A stretch of DNA of 64,000 nucleotides, from the IMG/VR virus record IMGVR_UViG_3300026549_000067, positions 17,514 through 81,513 of that record. The stretch is one strand, 5' to 3'. Source of the stretch: a virus (taxonomy: Duplodnaviria; Caudoviricetes). Below are positions 35,956 to 45,423 of this stretch, piece by piece (positions within the stretch are counted from its first letter, which is position 1; each line of letters starts with the position of its first letter). Made by a program: the position numbers and the translations under genes. Under the pieces are notes generated by a model that saw nothing but the letters and a program-made list of their open reading frames with translations, did no database searches and had not been told where the DNA came from.

Positions 35956-37560
35956 TCAGTTTTGGTTTGTGCTGATTGACCCGATAAACGGTGAGTTCGA
36001 ACTCTGATCCGAAATATCTTGAAGCGTTCTATCCTCGTTTGTCGTATCGGCTTTCAGTGTGGTATCACTTGAACCTGTCGTTGTTGATGTCGGATCGTCA
36101 GCAAACATCTTGTGCTGTTTTGCTTCTATAATCGGGCGGCTATCATTCCATACTGTCTCGGCATCAGGCGAAATCTCCGACAACTTGATAGCATGTCTGC
36201 CATGCATTCCTGCGTTAATCAGGGTTGCCATTGTGTTTGCTTTGATCGACAAATCATAGTTCTTGTTACGGTTGAAATGGAAATCCACATCAGATGCACG
36301 TACCGATCTAAGCGGAGAATCTTCCTCAAGGACTCTGCTTGGAACAAGTTTGATTGCTCTCAGGATCAGCCGCAGTTCCTCTTTGAAACCTCTGCTGACT
36401 ACACCTTCTTCGCGCGATGCATCGACCTCTGCCATGTTCCATCCAGATGCCATTGACGTTGCCTGACCTGTAGATCCACCGCCAAGAGATTCCTGCTGAA
36501 TCGGAACTTTGCATTTCTGCAACAGACGATTCCATTCAAACGAAATCGCGCTAAGTGTTGCCGCAGTATCAAGACCACTTGACAGTGGTTGAATCTTCGG
36601 ATTCTTTTCGGTTCCAGAATATGTCAGTAACCAATCTCCAGACTCAGGTTTTTTCTCTGTTCCATCTGGCTGAGTAAATGACACATCGTTTGCCCACCAT
36701 ATCTGTTGGACAGTTTGTGCAGTATCATTTGCCAGATCCGAAACAAGAATATTCAAACCATCCATATATGAAATATGACGTTCAAACACACCTGTGCGGT
36801 CGATTGCTCTGTTGTATTCAATGACAGGAATCATGCCAAGTACATTGACAGACTCTTTGATCTCGATATCATTGACAATGCTACTTGCAAGTCCTGTGAG
36901 TTCATATATCTTCTTGTCCGTATAACAAGTGAAATGATATTTATCATCCTCATCTTTGACATACGTGACTCCAAGAACCTTTTTCTGACCGACCCCTTGG
37001 TTATAGACGCAGAATGCATATCTGGAATCCAACGTATAGAGATTTACAAGTGCATACTTGCTTTCCTCTTCATCGAATTCCGTCTTGACCTCGATAAGTC
37101 TGTGACCGATACCACATTTCTCAACGAAATCTCCAAGAATCTGGTTCTCATATGAGATATCCAATGCGTTCAGCAACATCTCATTCAGAGCCGAAATGCC
37201 AAGATCATCAGACTTCGGATCGTTCTCAGTGCGTCCTTCTTTATCCGCGTGCTGAATTAAAACAGGTGGAGTCCCCCAGAAGTATCCCTTCTTAAACTCC
37301 ACCACGTAATTTGCCGCGTTTTCCGAAATGGTACAATTGATTTCGGGGCGAACTATCTTTTCTCTCTGCAACGGCTGTTCACCAAGTTCGTAGTCAAACA
37401 GAAACTGGATCTCTGCCTGATTTAAATTGTGAGTTCCAATAGCATTGCTGAGAACTTCCAGAAGATTGTCTCTATTCACTTCTTTGGCTGTCGTATAGAT
37501 CCGTCTCCTGCCGCGAAGCTGATCCCTTACGTTCAGACTTTCGATTGTTCTGTTTGACAT
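35956..37560 (-). CDS. portal protein (SPP1 gp6-like)
   Basis: Y..GEQP, N.A.YVV.FK.GYFWG.P motifs; likely start MSNRT at 37560. Confidence 0.9.
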   Translation of the reverse strand: MSNRTIESLNVRDQLRGRRRIYTTAKEVNRDNLLEVLSNAIGTHNLNQAEIQFLFDYELGEQPLQREKIVRPEINCTISENAANYVVEFKKGYFWGTPPVLIQHADKEGRTENDPKSDDLGISALNEMLLNALDISYENQILGDFVEKCGIGHRLIEVKTEFDEEESKYALVNLYTLDSRYAFCVYNQGVGQKKVLGVTYVKDEDDKYHFTCYTDKKIYELTGLASSIVNDIEIKESVNVLGMIPVIEYNRAIDRTGVFERHISYMDGLNILVSDLANDTAQTVQQIWWANDVSFTQPDGTEKKPESGDWLLTYSGTEKNPKIQPLSSGLDTAATLSAISFEWNRLLQKCKVPIQQESLGGGSTGQATSMASGWNMAEVDASREEGVVSRGFKEELRLILRAIKLVPSRVLEEDSPLRSVRASDVDFHFNRNKNYDLSIKANTMATLINAGMHGRHAIKLSEISPDAETVWNDSRPIIEAKQHKMFADDPTSTTTGSSDTTLKADTTNEDRTLQDISDQSSNSPFIGSISTNQN

Positions 37561-37744
37561 ATATACCACCAAAAGTAACGCCACTACCAGTAGTACGCTT
37601 ATCGAAAGTCGCTGGAACCCTGACAAACACTTTTCCGTGGCGGCGTAATTTTCGTAGCGCGTCTTTGCGCTTGCTGTTTTCAGATTTTTCCATATATCAT
37701 ATTAATCCTTATTATGTTCCGTGTCTTGCGAAAAGTTGTGAACT

Positions 37745-38173
37745 TCAATCTTTAAGATATTTTTCTTCGAATTCCTGTAATGCTTCACCGTGAAGATGGC
37801 AAGTGTGATAATATGTATATCCCATTGCAACAGAAATATTCTCAAACCTACGTTCTTCCCTGTCCGGATTGATATATCTTCTGGTAAGGATCTCTATATA
37901 TTCAGCCTTACTGAGTCCGCTTATTTTATTTACGCAATCATTGAAAATGAAATTGTATTCTTTAAGAGATTGTAATACTTCGTTTTCTGCATCGACCAAT
38001 TCCGATACCGTTTCCGATAACGCATCGTGCGGAGATGTCTGCACTCTGTCCTTGTCATATCGCAAACCCTCAAGATAAGTTATGGATTCCCTGATGCGCT
38101 CATACTGTTTCTGCTTGTTTTCTGCGTTTAACTGGCTTTTCCGAAGTCTTTGTAAATATTCTTTCGCTGTCAT
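37745..38173 (-). CDS. ArpU/RinA-like late transcription activator
   Basis: MTAKEYLQ...EILTRRY...FENISVAMGYTY......HGEALQEF. Confidence 0.8.
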   Translation of the reverse strand: MTAKEYLQRLRKSQLNAENKQKQYERIRESITYLEGLRYDKDRVQTSPHDALSETVSELVDAENEVLQSLKEYNFIFNDCVNKISGLSKAEYIEILTRRYINPDREERRFENISVAMGYTYYHTCHLHGEALQEFEEKYLKD

Positions 38174-38790
38174 GATGCACCTGCCGTTGATGGTTCTTTA
38201 TAAGTTTCCTGATTTGATCCGAGTCCTTTTGATGGTGTATTTAAAGCATCATCCAAACTCCACCCAAGTTTTCCAATCCTGTCATAAACAACTTGTGGTT
38301 TCAAGCCGTTTTTTCTACATTTATTGGCAATCGAATCTTTTGCGTGTTTTACTGGGTTTTCCAATGCTTCTGTTGGATTCATGCCTTTTTTGATTCTCTT
38401 CTGGATTGTGTAATACGGTAAATTAAGTTCCTCACACCAATCTATCAGAGCTTTCGTTTCACCCCGATACTCAACCATTACGCAGGTACGCTTGTTCCTG
38501 TTTTGAGCCTTGACCGTTGCCCATCGACAGTTCTCCGGTGTGTAATCGCCATCATTGTCTATTCTGTCTATCGTAAGGGAAGAGTTGTAACCGTTCGCTT
38601 TTGCCCATTCAACAAAATTATCAAAGTTCTCCCATTCTTTGCAGATTTCGATTCCTCTACCACCATAATCCTTATACCTTGCACACTTTGGATTAAGACA
38701 CCTCTTTCTCATTCCGTTCCAAATATCGTATAAACGTCTGTTTTCTGCGCTATCGTGCGGAGAATATTTATAAAGTCTATTGAAATGCAT
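38170..38790 (-). CDS. free-standing HNH homing endonuclease
   Basis: LYDIWNGMRKRC.NP...YGGRGI...LTIDRIDNDGDYTPENCRWAT plus C-terminal HTH repeats. Confidence 0.9.
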   Translation of the reverse strand: MHFNRLYKYSPHDSAENRRLYDIWNGMRKRCLNPKCARYKDYGGRGIEICKEWENFDNFVEWAKANGYNSSLTIDRIDNDGDYTPENCRWATVKAQNRNKRTCVMVEYRGETKALIDWCEELNLPYYTIQKRIKKGMNPTEALENPVKHAKDSIANKCRKNGLKPQVVYDRIGKLGWSLDDALNTPSKGLGSNQETYKEPSTAGAS

Positions 38791-38803
38791 GTACGCTCCT
38801 TTC

Positions 38804-40477
38804 TCAGAATGGACTACTGATAACTCTGCTGGGCGGTGTCGGCGGCGTTCCTACTCTCTTGGCAAACGATGCCAAAACATCGCAAGCGTCATCATGCGCT
38901 GTTTTACCTGCCACCGTGTAACTAAGCAACTGCGACATCATCTTTCCATAATCACTCTTGGATGTATAAAGCGATTTATCTTTGAAGTAGATATGTTCCT
39001 TTACCCACGGAGCATAGATGATGATTTTCGTTTCCTTGTTCGCTGTTGTAAATTCCTGTGTGATATTGCAGTAATAACCTGCTTCTTTCAGACGTTTATC
39101 CACCTCAAACGAAACTCTGTCTCCACCATTGTTCGATTCAAAATGGCACGCTTCTACATGATTTCTCATAATAATGCTCTTGGAACTTGCGTACTGGATC
39201 TCATAATCAGATTCATCGTTGAACACGCAATCGTCCAGATAGTACATGTCTCCGTATTTCAGCAACACAGGCTGTGCAAAGAAGTCGGTTCCTTTGTTCT
39301 TGGTGTCAACTATTGACAAAACCGCATCAGGTTTCTGCATTGGCAACGTCAAGTATCGTTTCAATTCGTCATCATGATACAAGAGTCCTTCACGTTCAAT
39401 CGGCTGATTCATATACAGGCACTTGAATGAGATTTCATCCATTGACTTTTCCATATCATGGAAATACTCTGTAGAAAAACCAACTCCGTACTTGTAGTTG
39501 AAATTGGACTCTCCATTCTCGTCATATGCAGGTATTGCTATGAATCTTGCCCTTGGATCGTCAGCGTGTTCCTGTTGAAGCCGACCCACTACATCAGATA
39601 CCGACCAACGCGTCTGAATGTGTATCTCTTTGCAGAAGTTTTTCTTTCTCGTCTTTAAGTCCGTGTTATATGTCTGCCACAGTTTATCCATACGCTCTTT
39701 GGACAGTGCTTCTTCTATACCACTGCACAAATCGTCCGCATAGAGTATATTTTCACATCGCGTAGCACCTGTAAGGGACGCATTGATCGCACGACATGTA
39801 AGAGACTTAAACCTGTTTGGTTTGCCAACATTAATAGTTTGCTCTTTTGAGTTCATGTCACCACGCGGATTGAACTTCACATGAGGAAATATCTCATGCC
39901 ATGTATATTCAACCGGATCATTCAAAATTTGACCAACTCCGTCATAAAAACTTCGCGTAAGTATTCCTGAGTGCGCTGATGCAAGGTTTGGCATTTCTGG
40001 CTCCCATCCCATGCACCCTGATAAGAAGAAAATTCCTGCCGTACTTTTACCAGAGCCGGGACACATCGACACCGTAAGCAGGTCGATCTCATCATCAATT
40101 AACGCTTGCATTCCCTGTGTTACGCCAAATTGCAGGAATTTATCTCTGCGCGGTTCATAGAATCTCTTGTCAGGATCTCGATTCTTTTCCAGATACAGGA
40201 AATAACTGTCTACGTTCCTGTTCTGCGCTTCGACTTTAAGAAACCGCCAATACAATTCCTCATACGCAATATCCCCTGTCTGTCCTGCCATATACTGACA
40301 CATCTCATGAGCAAACTTGCTATAGCGCATAGCGAATTTTCGCTGTTCAACATCCAAAAGAAGACCTTCATCGCTCATGCCAACAAGAAGATCATGTACG
40401 TCTTGCAGGTTTTCTCTGTTCTCAAGACCTTTGTCTGTAATTGTCTTTATCAGGGATTGATATTGTTCGAATTGCAT
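38804..40477 (-). CDS. terL: terminase large subunit
   Basis: Walker A PGSGKS, ILYADD, nuclease VDT...TDF, HDDACD. Confidence 0.93.
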   Translation of the reverse strand: MQFEQYQSLIKTITDKGLENRENLQDVHDLLVGMSDEGLLLDVEQRKFAMRYSKFAHEMCQYMAGQTGDIAYEELYWRFLKVEAQNRNVDSYFLYLEKNRDPDKRFYEPRRDKFLQFGVTQGMQALIDDEIDLLTVSMCPGSGKSTAGIFFLSGCMGWEPEMPNLASAHSGILTRSFYDGVGQILNDPVEYTWHEIFPHVKFNPRGDMNSKEQTINVGKPNRFKSLTCRAINASLTGATRCENILYADDLCSGIEEALSKERMDKLWQTYNTDLKTRKKNFCKEIHIQTRWSVSDVVGRLQQEHADDPRARFIAIPAYDENGESNFNYKYGVGFSTEYFHDMEKSMDEISFKCLYMNQPIEREGLLYHDDELKRYLTLPMQKPDAVLSIVDTKNKGTDFFAQPVLLKYGDMYYLDDCVFNDESDYEIQYASSKSIIMRNHVEACHFESNNGGDRVSFEVDKRLKEAGYYCNITQEFTTANKETKIIIYAPWVKEHIYFKDKSLYTSKSDYGKMMSQLLSYTVAGKTAHDDACDVLASFAKRVGTPPTPPSRVISSPF

Positions 40478-40533
40478 AAAAAAAGTGAGACTCCTTCCAC
40501 GGATACGCAGAATGGAGACTCACCGGACTTGCA

Positions 40534-40728
40534 TTACACCATTACATGCATATTGAATTTACACTTGGTGCTTTTACATTGTAACTCTAAATTTCGTATG
40601 ATCGTGTTGTCTTGGATTTTGAATTGAGGTTTGTCACAATGCGGACAGCATACCCATTTATCTTTTCCTCTTATGCCGATATACGCTACATCGGTAAGCG
40701 GCAACGGTTTGTTTATGTATTTATCCAT
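40534..40728 (-). CDS. small zinc-ribbon protein
   Basis: WVCCPHC...QCKSTKCK. Confidence 0.65.
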   Translation of the reverse strand: MDKYINKPLPLTDVAYIGIRGKDKWVCCPHCDKPQFKIQDNTIIRNLELQCKSTKCKFNMHVMV

Positions 40729-41341
40729 TCCACCTCTTTCGTTTCAATGGCATACCATGTAGCTTTCTGTAATTGTTAAGCGTTTCGGGAAAGAACCGCT
40801 GTTTGAATTGAATTATTTCACGTTCCGTCAGGTCAACCGTCATTGTCATATCGACAGAGAAGCAATTGATTTTTGTAATACCGTACAGTTCTGCGTCTTG
40901 TGATTCGGAAATCTCTGCAACTCCTTTGATTTCGGTCATCTCACCTGTCTCTACATTTTGCATGTAATACTTGAGATTGTTGTATTCGCCACTACCCATG
41001 CGCTATTCCTCTGGCAGATAATATACATTCGTATTACGGTATTCCGAATGGAACACAAGGTCGTTTTGATTCAACACTATCTCAGGAAACGCATTGCCCA
41101 GAAGTTCAGAAAACACTTCTGCGGCGCGTTCATCATTGTCGTACATTCCAATGATTTTCTTTGTACCGTCCAGATAATGTGCTTCGATGAATCTGTCGTT
41201 CAGTTGGACTGTCTTTACCGCATCAACATTTGTAAATCCGACTCTGGATGAATGAATGATAGTCAATACTCTTCGCTCCTTAATTCGTTCTTGGACTTCT
41301 TGCGGAATATCTTCCTGTTGCGTCTTTTCCAGAACATCCAC
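40721..41341 (-). CDS. two hypothetical genes (40721-40999, 41003-41341)
   Basis: ORF track; in operon. Confidence 0.5.
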
Positions 41342-41460
41342 GTTGACCGATTGTTCTTTGTGGTGTTCGTATACTTCCGAAGAAACTTATCTTCAAACGT
41401 CATCTTCTTGTGCAGATTGTTCTTCATAGGTCTTTTTTAATTTTTGAAAATTTTTTGAAA

Positions 41461-41533
41461 CAGGGGCAGAGCGATTTGAACGCTCGTTGTTGGTGTCAAA
41501 GACCAATGTTTTAACCGATTAAACTATACCCCG
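41461..41533 (-). tRNA. tRNA-Gln(TTG)
   Basis: Cloverleaf; anticodon arm ttggt-ctTTGac-accaa; TTCAAAT T-loop. Confidence 0.88.
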
Positions 41534-41538
41534 ATATT

Positions 41539-41664
41539 TGGATATGACAGGATTCGAACCTGCATGTGATGATTGATCGGATCATCCTGAGTAGTGCGCG
41601 CCCAGTGCATTACCACGGCAGTTATGTTGCACGCTAATTGCAACCGCCTTTATGCTACACATCC
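41539..41664 (-). ncRNA. tRNA-like RNA (126 nt) with ~50-nt insertion before an Ile(GAT)-like anticodon hairpin
   Basis: Acceptor GGATGTG/CATATCC-A; T-arm GCAGG-TTCGAAT-CCTGT; gatgat-ccGATca-atcatc. Confidence 0.6.
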
Positions 41665-41668
41665 ATAA

Positions 41669-41758
41669 TGGATACGGTGGGATTCGAACCCACATTACAA
41701 GTAGGTGGCGAACCCCTTGTTCTTTACCGCCAAAACTCTACCATTGAGTTACGTATCC
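41669..41758 (-). ncRNA. tRNA-like RNA (90 nt) lacking a canonical anticodon loop
   Basis: Acceptor GGATACG/CGTATCC-A; D-arm ACTC-AATGGTA-GAGT; T-arm GTGGG-TTCGAAT-CCCAC; anticodon domain irregular (GG-TTCG-CC). Confidence 0.6.
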
Positions 41759-41771
41759 ATATCCCATTATG

Positions 41772-42622
41772 TTATTTGTTTCGTTTTGCTAACTTTTCTT
41801 CTAACTCCGCAACTGCCTTGTCCAGATCTTCAGAACGCCAGTATGCCTGTCGCTTGCCCTTGCGCTGTTTGTTTATCACGGTTCCACCCATCAGGTAATC
41901 TATGTGGTCAACAATACACGGAAAGATGTTTGTCGCAGTTAGATTCGGCATTTTTCTTGTGACATATTCTCTGAACAGCGAATCATCACATTTGCCAGAA
42001 TTTAAATAGTCTGGAAACTGCTCTTTTGCTTCTCCGCTCTCCATCCACTTGACAAAACCGTCCATGAGCCTGTTCGGTATTAAAATGCACTGGAATGAAA
42101 ACCACATTCCGTTACATGACACCTCTCCGATGTAATTTGTTCTTTCGCCATCGAATTGGTTATTGCAGAACGCATTGGCAAATCCAGTATACTTTTTCTC
42201 AGCAATATCTCTAAAATTTGATCCAATTACAACATCGTCCTGTAAGTGCCATGTCGAATTGTACGGTTCAAGATTCTCCGCTATCCATTTGCAACTTGCT
42301 ACCCATGACGCAAGATTTCCGATGCTGTCATAGTCGTGCCAAACAATAATGTTATCTTCCTCGATGCCCTGTTCTAACAAGCTGGGTAACAGGAAGTCTT
42401 TCACGTACCATTCACGGTCATTGCAGACATGAATCATGTACTTCTGCGCAGTATCAAGATATTTGTCCATGTACTCTCTGCGGTAAATGTTCCGATTCTC
42501 ATACCAATCTTTGATTCCACAGTAATGCACGATTGCTGGATTATCCGTGTATCCTGTCGATTGGTTTTCATTGAATCTCAGCGGTACGACAGCGACTTTG
42601 TTTTGCTCTATGCCATATTTAT
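41772..42622 (-). pseudogene. glycosyltransferase, 3' remnant after IscB insertion
   Basis: RFNE..TG.TDNPAIVHYCG (GT8-like C-terminus) fused to an HLQDD GT-A-like domain; the 5' end MNIVYAMTRNV lies at 44404-44437. Confidence 0.65.
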
Positions 42623-42684
42623 CCAAAAGTAGGAAAGAATACCACCACCTCTAAGCGAAGCATAGGTGGCGGGATGAATTTCCC

Positions 42685-44181
42685 TCACAAATAGACAAGC
42701 CCTGTGTTTTGTGATGTGATTCGACAGTCTCGTCTCGGGTAGTTTGTCTTCTTGTCCCCCACAACACGTAAGTACAGTCCGCCAGAAATCTGCCCACTCA
42801 TCACGTGCCGTTCACCGTTATGAACAAACACAGTTCCGGGCATTAATCTCTTATCGCTATTGTAGTATCGCGTGCTTTTCTTCACGCTTACACGACTCAA
42901 CATATGCATAGCTCTTTGCTCACCATACAATTCAACCTGTTTGTCAAACCAGTCAGATAAGGCATCTCCCTTTTGTTCGAATCGTGGTTTTCTATTCTTT
43001 GCGATCATTTTTCCGTCGTAAAAATATGTACGTTCTCTTTGCGATTTAACGATTGCTCTGTTATGCCTTCTGAACTGCATGATATGGTACATCTCTCCAA
43101 TCGCATCAGGTTCCGGCAGCTCTTTAAAGAAGGAAAGCGCAATACAGTAAGCATCCATGAAATGCCTCTTGGGAAGCTGCAGTTTCTCCCGAATGCTTTT
43201 GGTCTCGTATCCGGTTGTTACATATGTCGGCAGTATTTCAGAAAGCTCCTTAAGAAGCATTTCCATGATCTGGTTGATTAGACTCAGCGCATGATACTTC
43301 TTTAAAATGCCTTCCTTCTTTTCTTTCAGCTTGCCTGCTGCCCGGTCGTTTTTGTGGACCTGCTCATGACAGGATGTACACAATCCGGCGATGTTGTCGA
43401 TACTTTCGCTTCCACCTCTGCTCTTCGGAACGATGTGATGAAACTGCTCGATGTCTGCTTCGCCACAAAGCAGACACTTATGTTTTTGCTGCTCTGCGAC
43501 AGCTTCGTCCCTGCTGTCATATCCAAACAGCCGGCCTTTTTGGTACTCCCAGTTCCTGATGTTCGGATTTTGCATTCTTGCGAAATCAAAAACATTGATT
43601 TCAACAACAACGCAGGTAACCGGAAGAATCTTCTGAATGAGCTTAATACAGTTAATATGCGTCTCCTTTAGCTGTCTTGCTGACGGTGTCAGCCATTCTG
43701 CTGCTCTGGTTCTGTTGTTGAATCTGGCTTCCGTGTTTCTGATATGCTTACAGCAGATCGGCTCCTTACAGCCCGGAAGCATACGCCAGAACTCGGTATG
43801 TTTTGCCATGCCGGTTTTGTCAGATGCTATAGCCCTTCTCTGGCGCTTTTTGCGTTCGCCTCTTCTGGAGGATTGCCGCATCTGCTTTCTATGAAGCATA
43901 AGTTTTGCAATTTCCTTGTTCCTTGTAACTGCTTCCGCGGCATAAAGAACATTGCCTCTTGAATCCACTGCTGTAAGCCCGATATTCGTTCTTCCCGGAT
44001 CGACGCCAAGAATTACATCATCCGTAAACGGATTCTCGATATCGTATGTGAGCTGAATGGTGAAAGGCTTATAGCATGCAATATGGGCCTTTCCCGACTT
44101 TAACAAGCGCCTTGCGCGCCCGTATTTGTGGATTGGCATCAGCGGCTTGCCACTTTTTGCCAGTACGTAGATATTTGGCAT
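42685..44181 (-). CDS. iscB: RNA-guided endonuclease IscB
   Basis: PLMP N-terminus, RuvC-I GVDPG, Arg-rich bridge helix, RuvC-II VVE, HNH HHIVPKSRGG..NIAGLC..CH, RuvC-III HFMDA. Confidence 0.95.
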   Translation of the reverse strand: MPNIYVLAKSGKPLMPIHKYGRARRLLKSGKAHIACYKPFTIQLTYDIENPFTDDVILGVDPGRTNIGLTAVDSRGNVLYAAEAVTRNKEIAKLMLHRKQMRQSSRRGERKKRQRRAIASDKTGMAKHTEFWRMLPGCKEPICCKHIRNTEARFNNRTRAAEWLTPSARQLKETHINCIKLIQKILPVTCVVVEINVFDFARMQNPNIRNWEYQKGRLFGYDSRDEAVAEQQKHKCLLCGEADIEQFHHIVPKSRGGSESIDNIAGLCTSCHEQVHKNDRAAGKLKEKKEGILKKYHALSLINQIMEMLLKELSEILPTYVTTGYETKSIREKLQLPKRHFMDAYCIALSFFKELPEPDAIGEMYHIMQFRRHNRAIVKSQRERTYFYDGKMIAKNRKPRFEQKGDALSDWFDKQVELYGEQRAMHMLSRVSVKKSTRYYNSDKRLMPGTVFVHNGERHVMSGQISGGLYLRVVGDKKTNYPRRDCRITSQNTGLVYL

Positions 44182-44403
44182 AATGCCTCTCCTTTCGTTA
44201 GTTTTGCAGCGATAATGACTGCAAGTCCAGCCGCTGCCACTGTTAAGTTTCCCGAGGCTTGGCGCAGCCTTTGCATTGCACGGAGCTGGGAAAACCCCGC
44301 GGTGTATGCTGCGTCACGCCTCTGCTCAACTACTCGTTGGACTTTATGCAAGCCCCCACTTCAAACAGATGCGCCAGCGTCTGTTAAGTGGTGGGTAGTT
44401 GAC
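44182..44403 (-). ncRNA. omegaRNA scaffold of IscB
   Basis: Starts gtcaactacccaccactt...aagtgggggcttg, then gttgagcag; sits directly upstream of iscB. Confidence 0.85.
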
Positions 44404-44492
44404 ACACGTTTCGTGTCATTGCGTATACGATATTCATGCCAGTTGCCCTTTGCCCCTAAAAATTCTTCCATGAACACAATCATAATCACAAA

Positions 44493-44565
44493 CGGAAACG
44501 GTAGGACTTGAACCTACGACCCCCTGATTAACAGTCAGATGCTCTACCGACTAAGCTACGCTTCC
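44493..44565 (-). tRNA. tRNA-Asn(GTT)
   Basis: Cloverleaf; ctga-ctGTTaa-tcag anticodon arm; GTTCAAGTC T-loop. Confidence 0.92.
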
Positions 44566-44801
44566 ATGTCGCTCCGTCCACCCTTCGGAGCATTGCGTCT
44601 GTTTTCATCGGTTCGTGGTAGTGAACTGCTGACAGGTGGAAAGCACTTAGTAGCTTGCACTGTGTAGATTAGTTTAATGTCTCTCTGCACTAAGACGAGT
44701 ATCCATATAACAGAATGTTGTGGGAGAGCCATAACTGACAGCCATCACCCACAACCTCTGTGAAAGGAAACAGATATTGGAAAGAAAAATAACAACGGAT
44801 C

Positions 44802-45421
44802 CCCATGAACACAATCATAATCATAAATGGATCTTCACCCTACACAACAACATCGTCACAATATTCAGCCACCGTTCCGACAAGTCTGAGCCATAAGGAG
44901 CGACCCTATAACTTCTTGCCAGTTCCCATAAGGGACAGTAACGAGTCCGAGTGGTCACGGAACAAATTTCACGCAGGTCATTCAGATTTTCTTGACCTAA
45001 TAACGGTACATGGATTTCAAGTCCATTCCGTTCTCTTCCATTTCAGAAGTCAATGCCAATTTGCGCTACTCTTTCACCGAACAGGTCTTATTGTCGGATT
45101 TCTCCGACTCAATGGCACAAGCTGTTTATGGACATTTCCGAGCGTTTCCGTATGTTGTCCAGACATACAGGCGTATCGGATTAAGCGATGCAGTGCATCT
45201 CTCTATTGCACAGCCGACCTGACAGCAACCTTTTGCGGCAACATTATTATGCGCATACGCTTGTCGTTGACGGTTTCCGTCTTCCAGAGAAACATCACTG
45301 CACCTCTGAAGCATACATACGGAAGTATCCCACCGCATATATACTTGACATACGCGCATCCCAAGCACGCTGACTAAGCGATCTTCACTTGGGTATTTAT
45401 GACCATGATTGTGTTCATGGG
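44802..45421. repeat. 27-bp inverted repeat enclosing the large RNA (44802-44828 / 45395-45421); third arm copy 44468-44492
   Basis: cccatgaacacaatcat(aa/gg)tcataaat; the third copy is 24/25 identical to the first arm. Confidence 0.9.
44829..45393 (-). ncRNA. ROOL-like (ROOL/GOLLD class) giant ornate RNA, ~565 nt
   Basis: No convincing sense ORF; next to tRNAs. Motifs recognised from memory: GUGAAGAUC at both ends, CUGUGCAAUAGAGAGAUGCAC, AAUAAGACC..GGUGAAAG, AAUCUGAAUG, GGUGGCUGAAUA..GUAGGGUGAAG. Confidence 0.75.
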
Positions 45422-45423
45422 AA

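Larger units (their letters stand above)
42623..44403 (-). mobile_element. IS200/IS605-superfamily non-autonomous IscB element (no tnpA)
   Basis: Subterminal hairpins at both ends (42642-42670; gtcaactaccc end at 44403) flanking iscB. Confidence 0.88.

Noticed and set aside
37472-37693. 73-aa ORF upstream of portal
   Set aside because: Overlaps the portal start out of frame and lies in a probable late-promoter leader; likely spurious.
44460-44493. Theta (HDV-like) ribozyme after tRNA
   Set aside because: The tRNA 3' trailer is the repeat arm; no HDV-like double pseudoknot is evident.
44805-45377. 190-aa plus-strand ORF
   Set aside because: Antisense to the giant RNA with no recognisable domain; G-U wobbles favour a minus-strand RNA.
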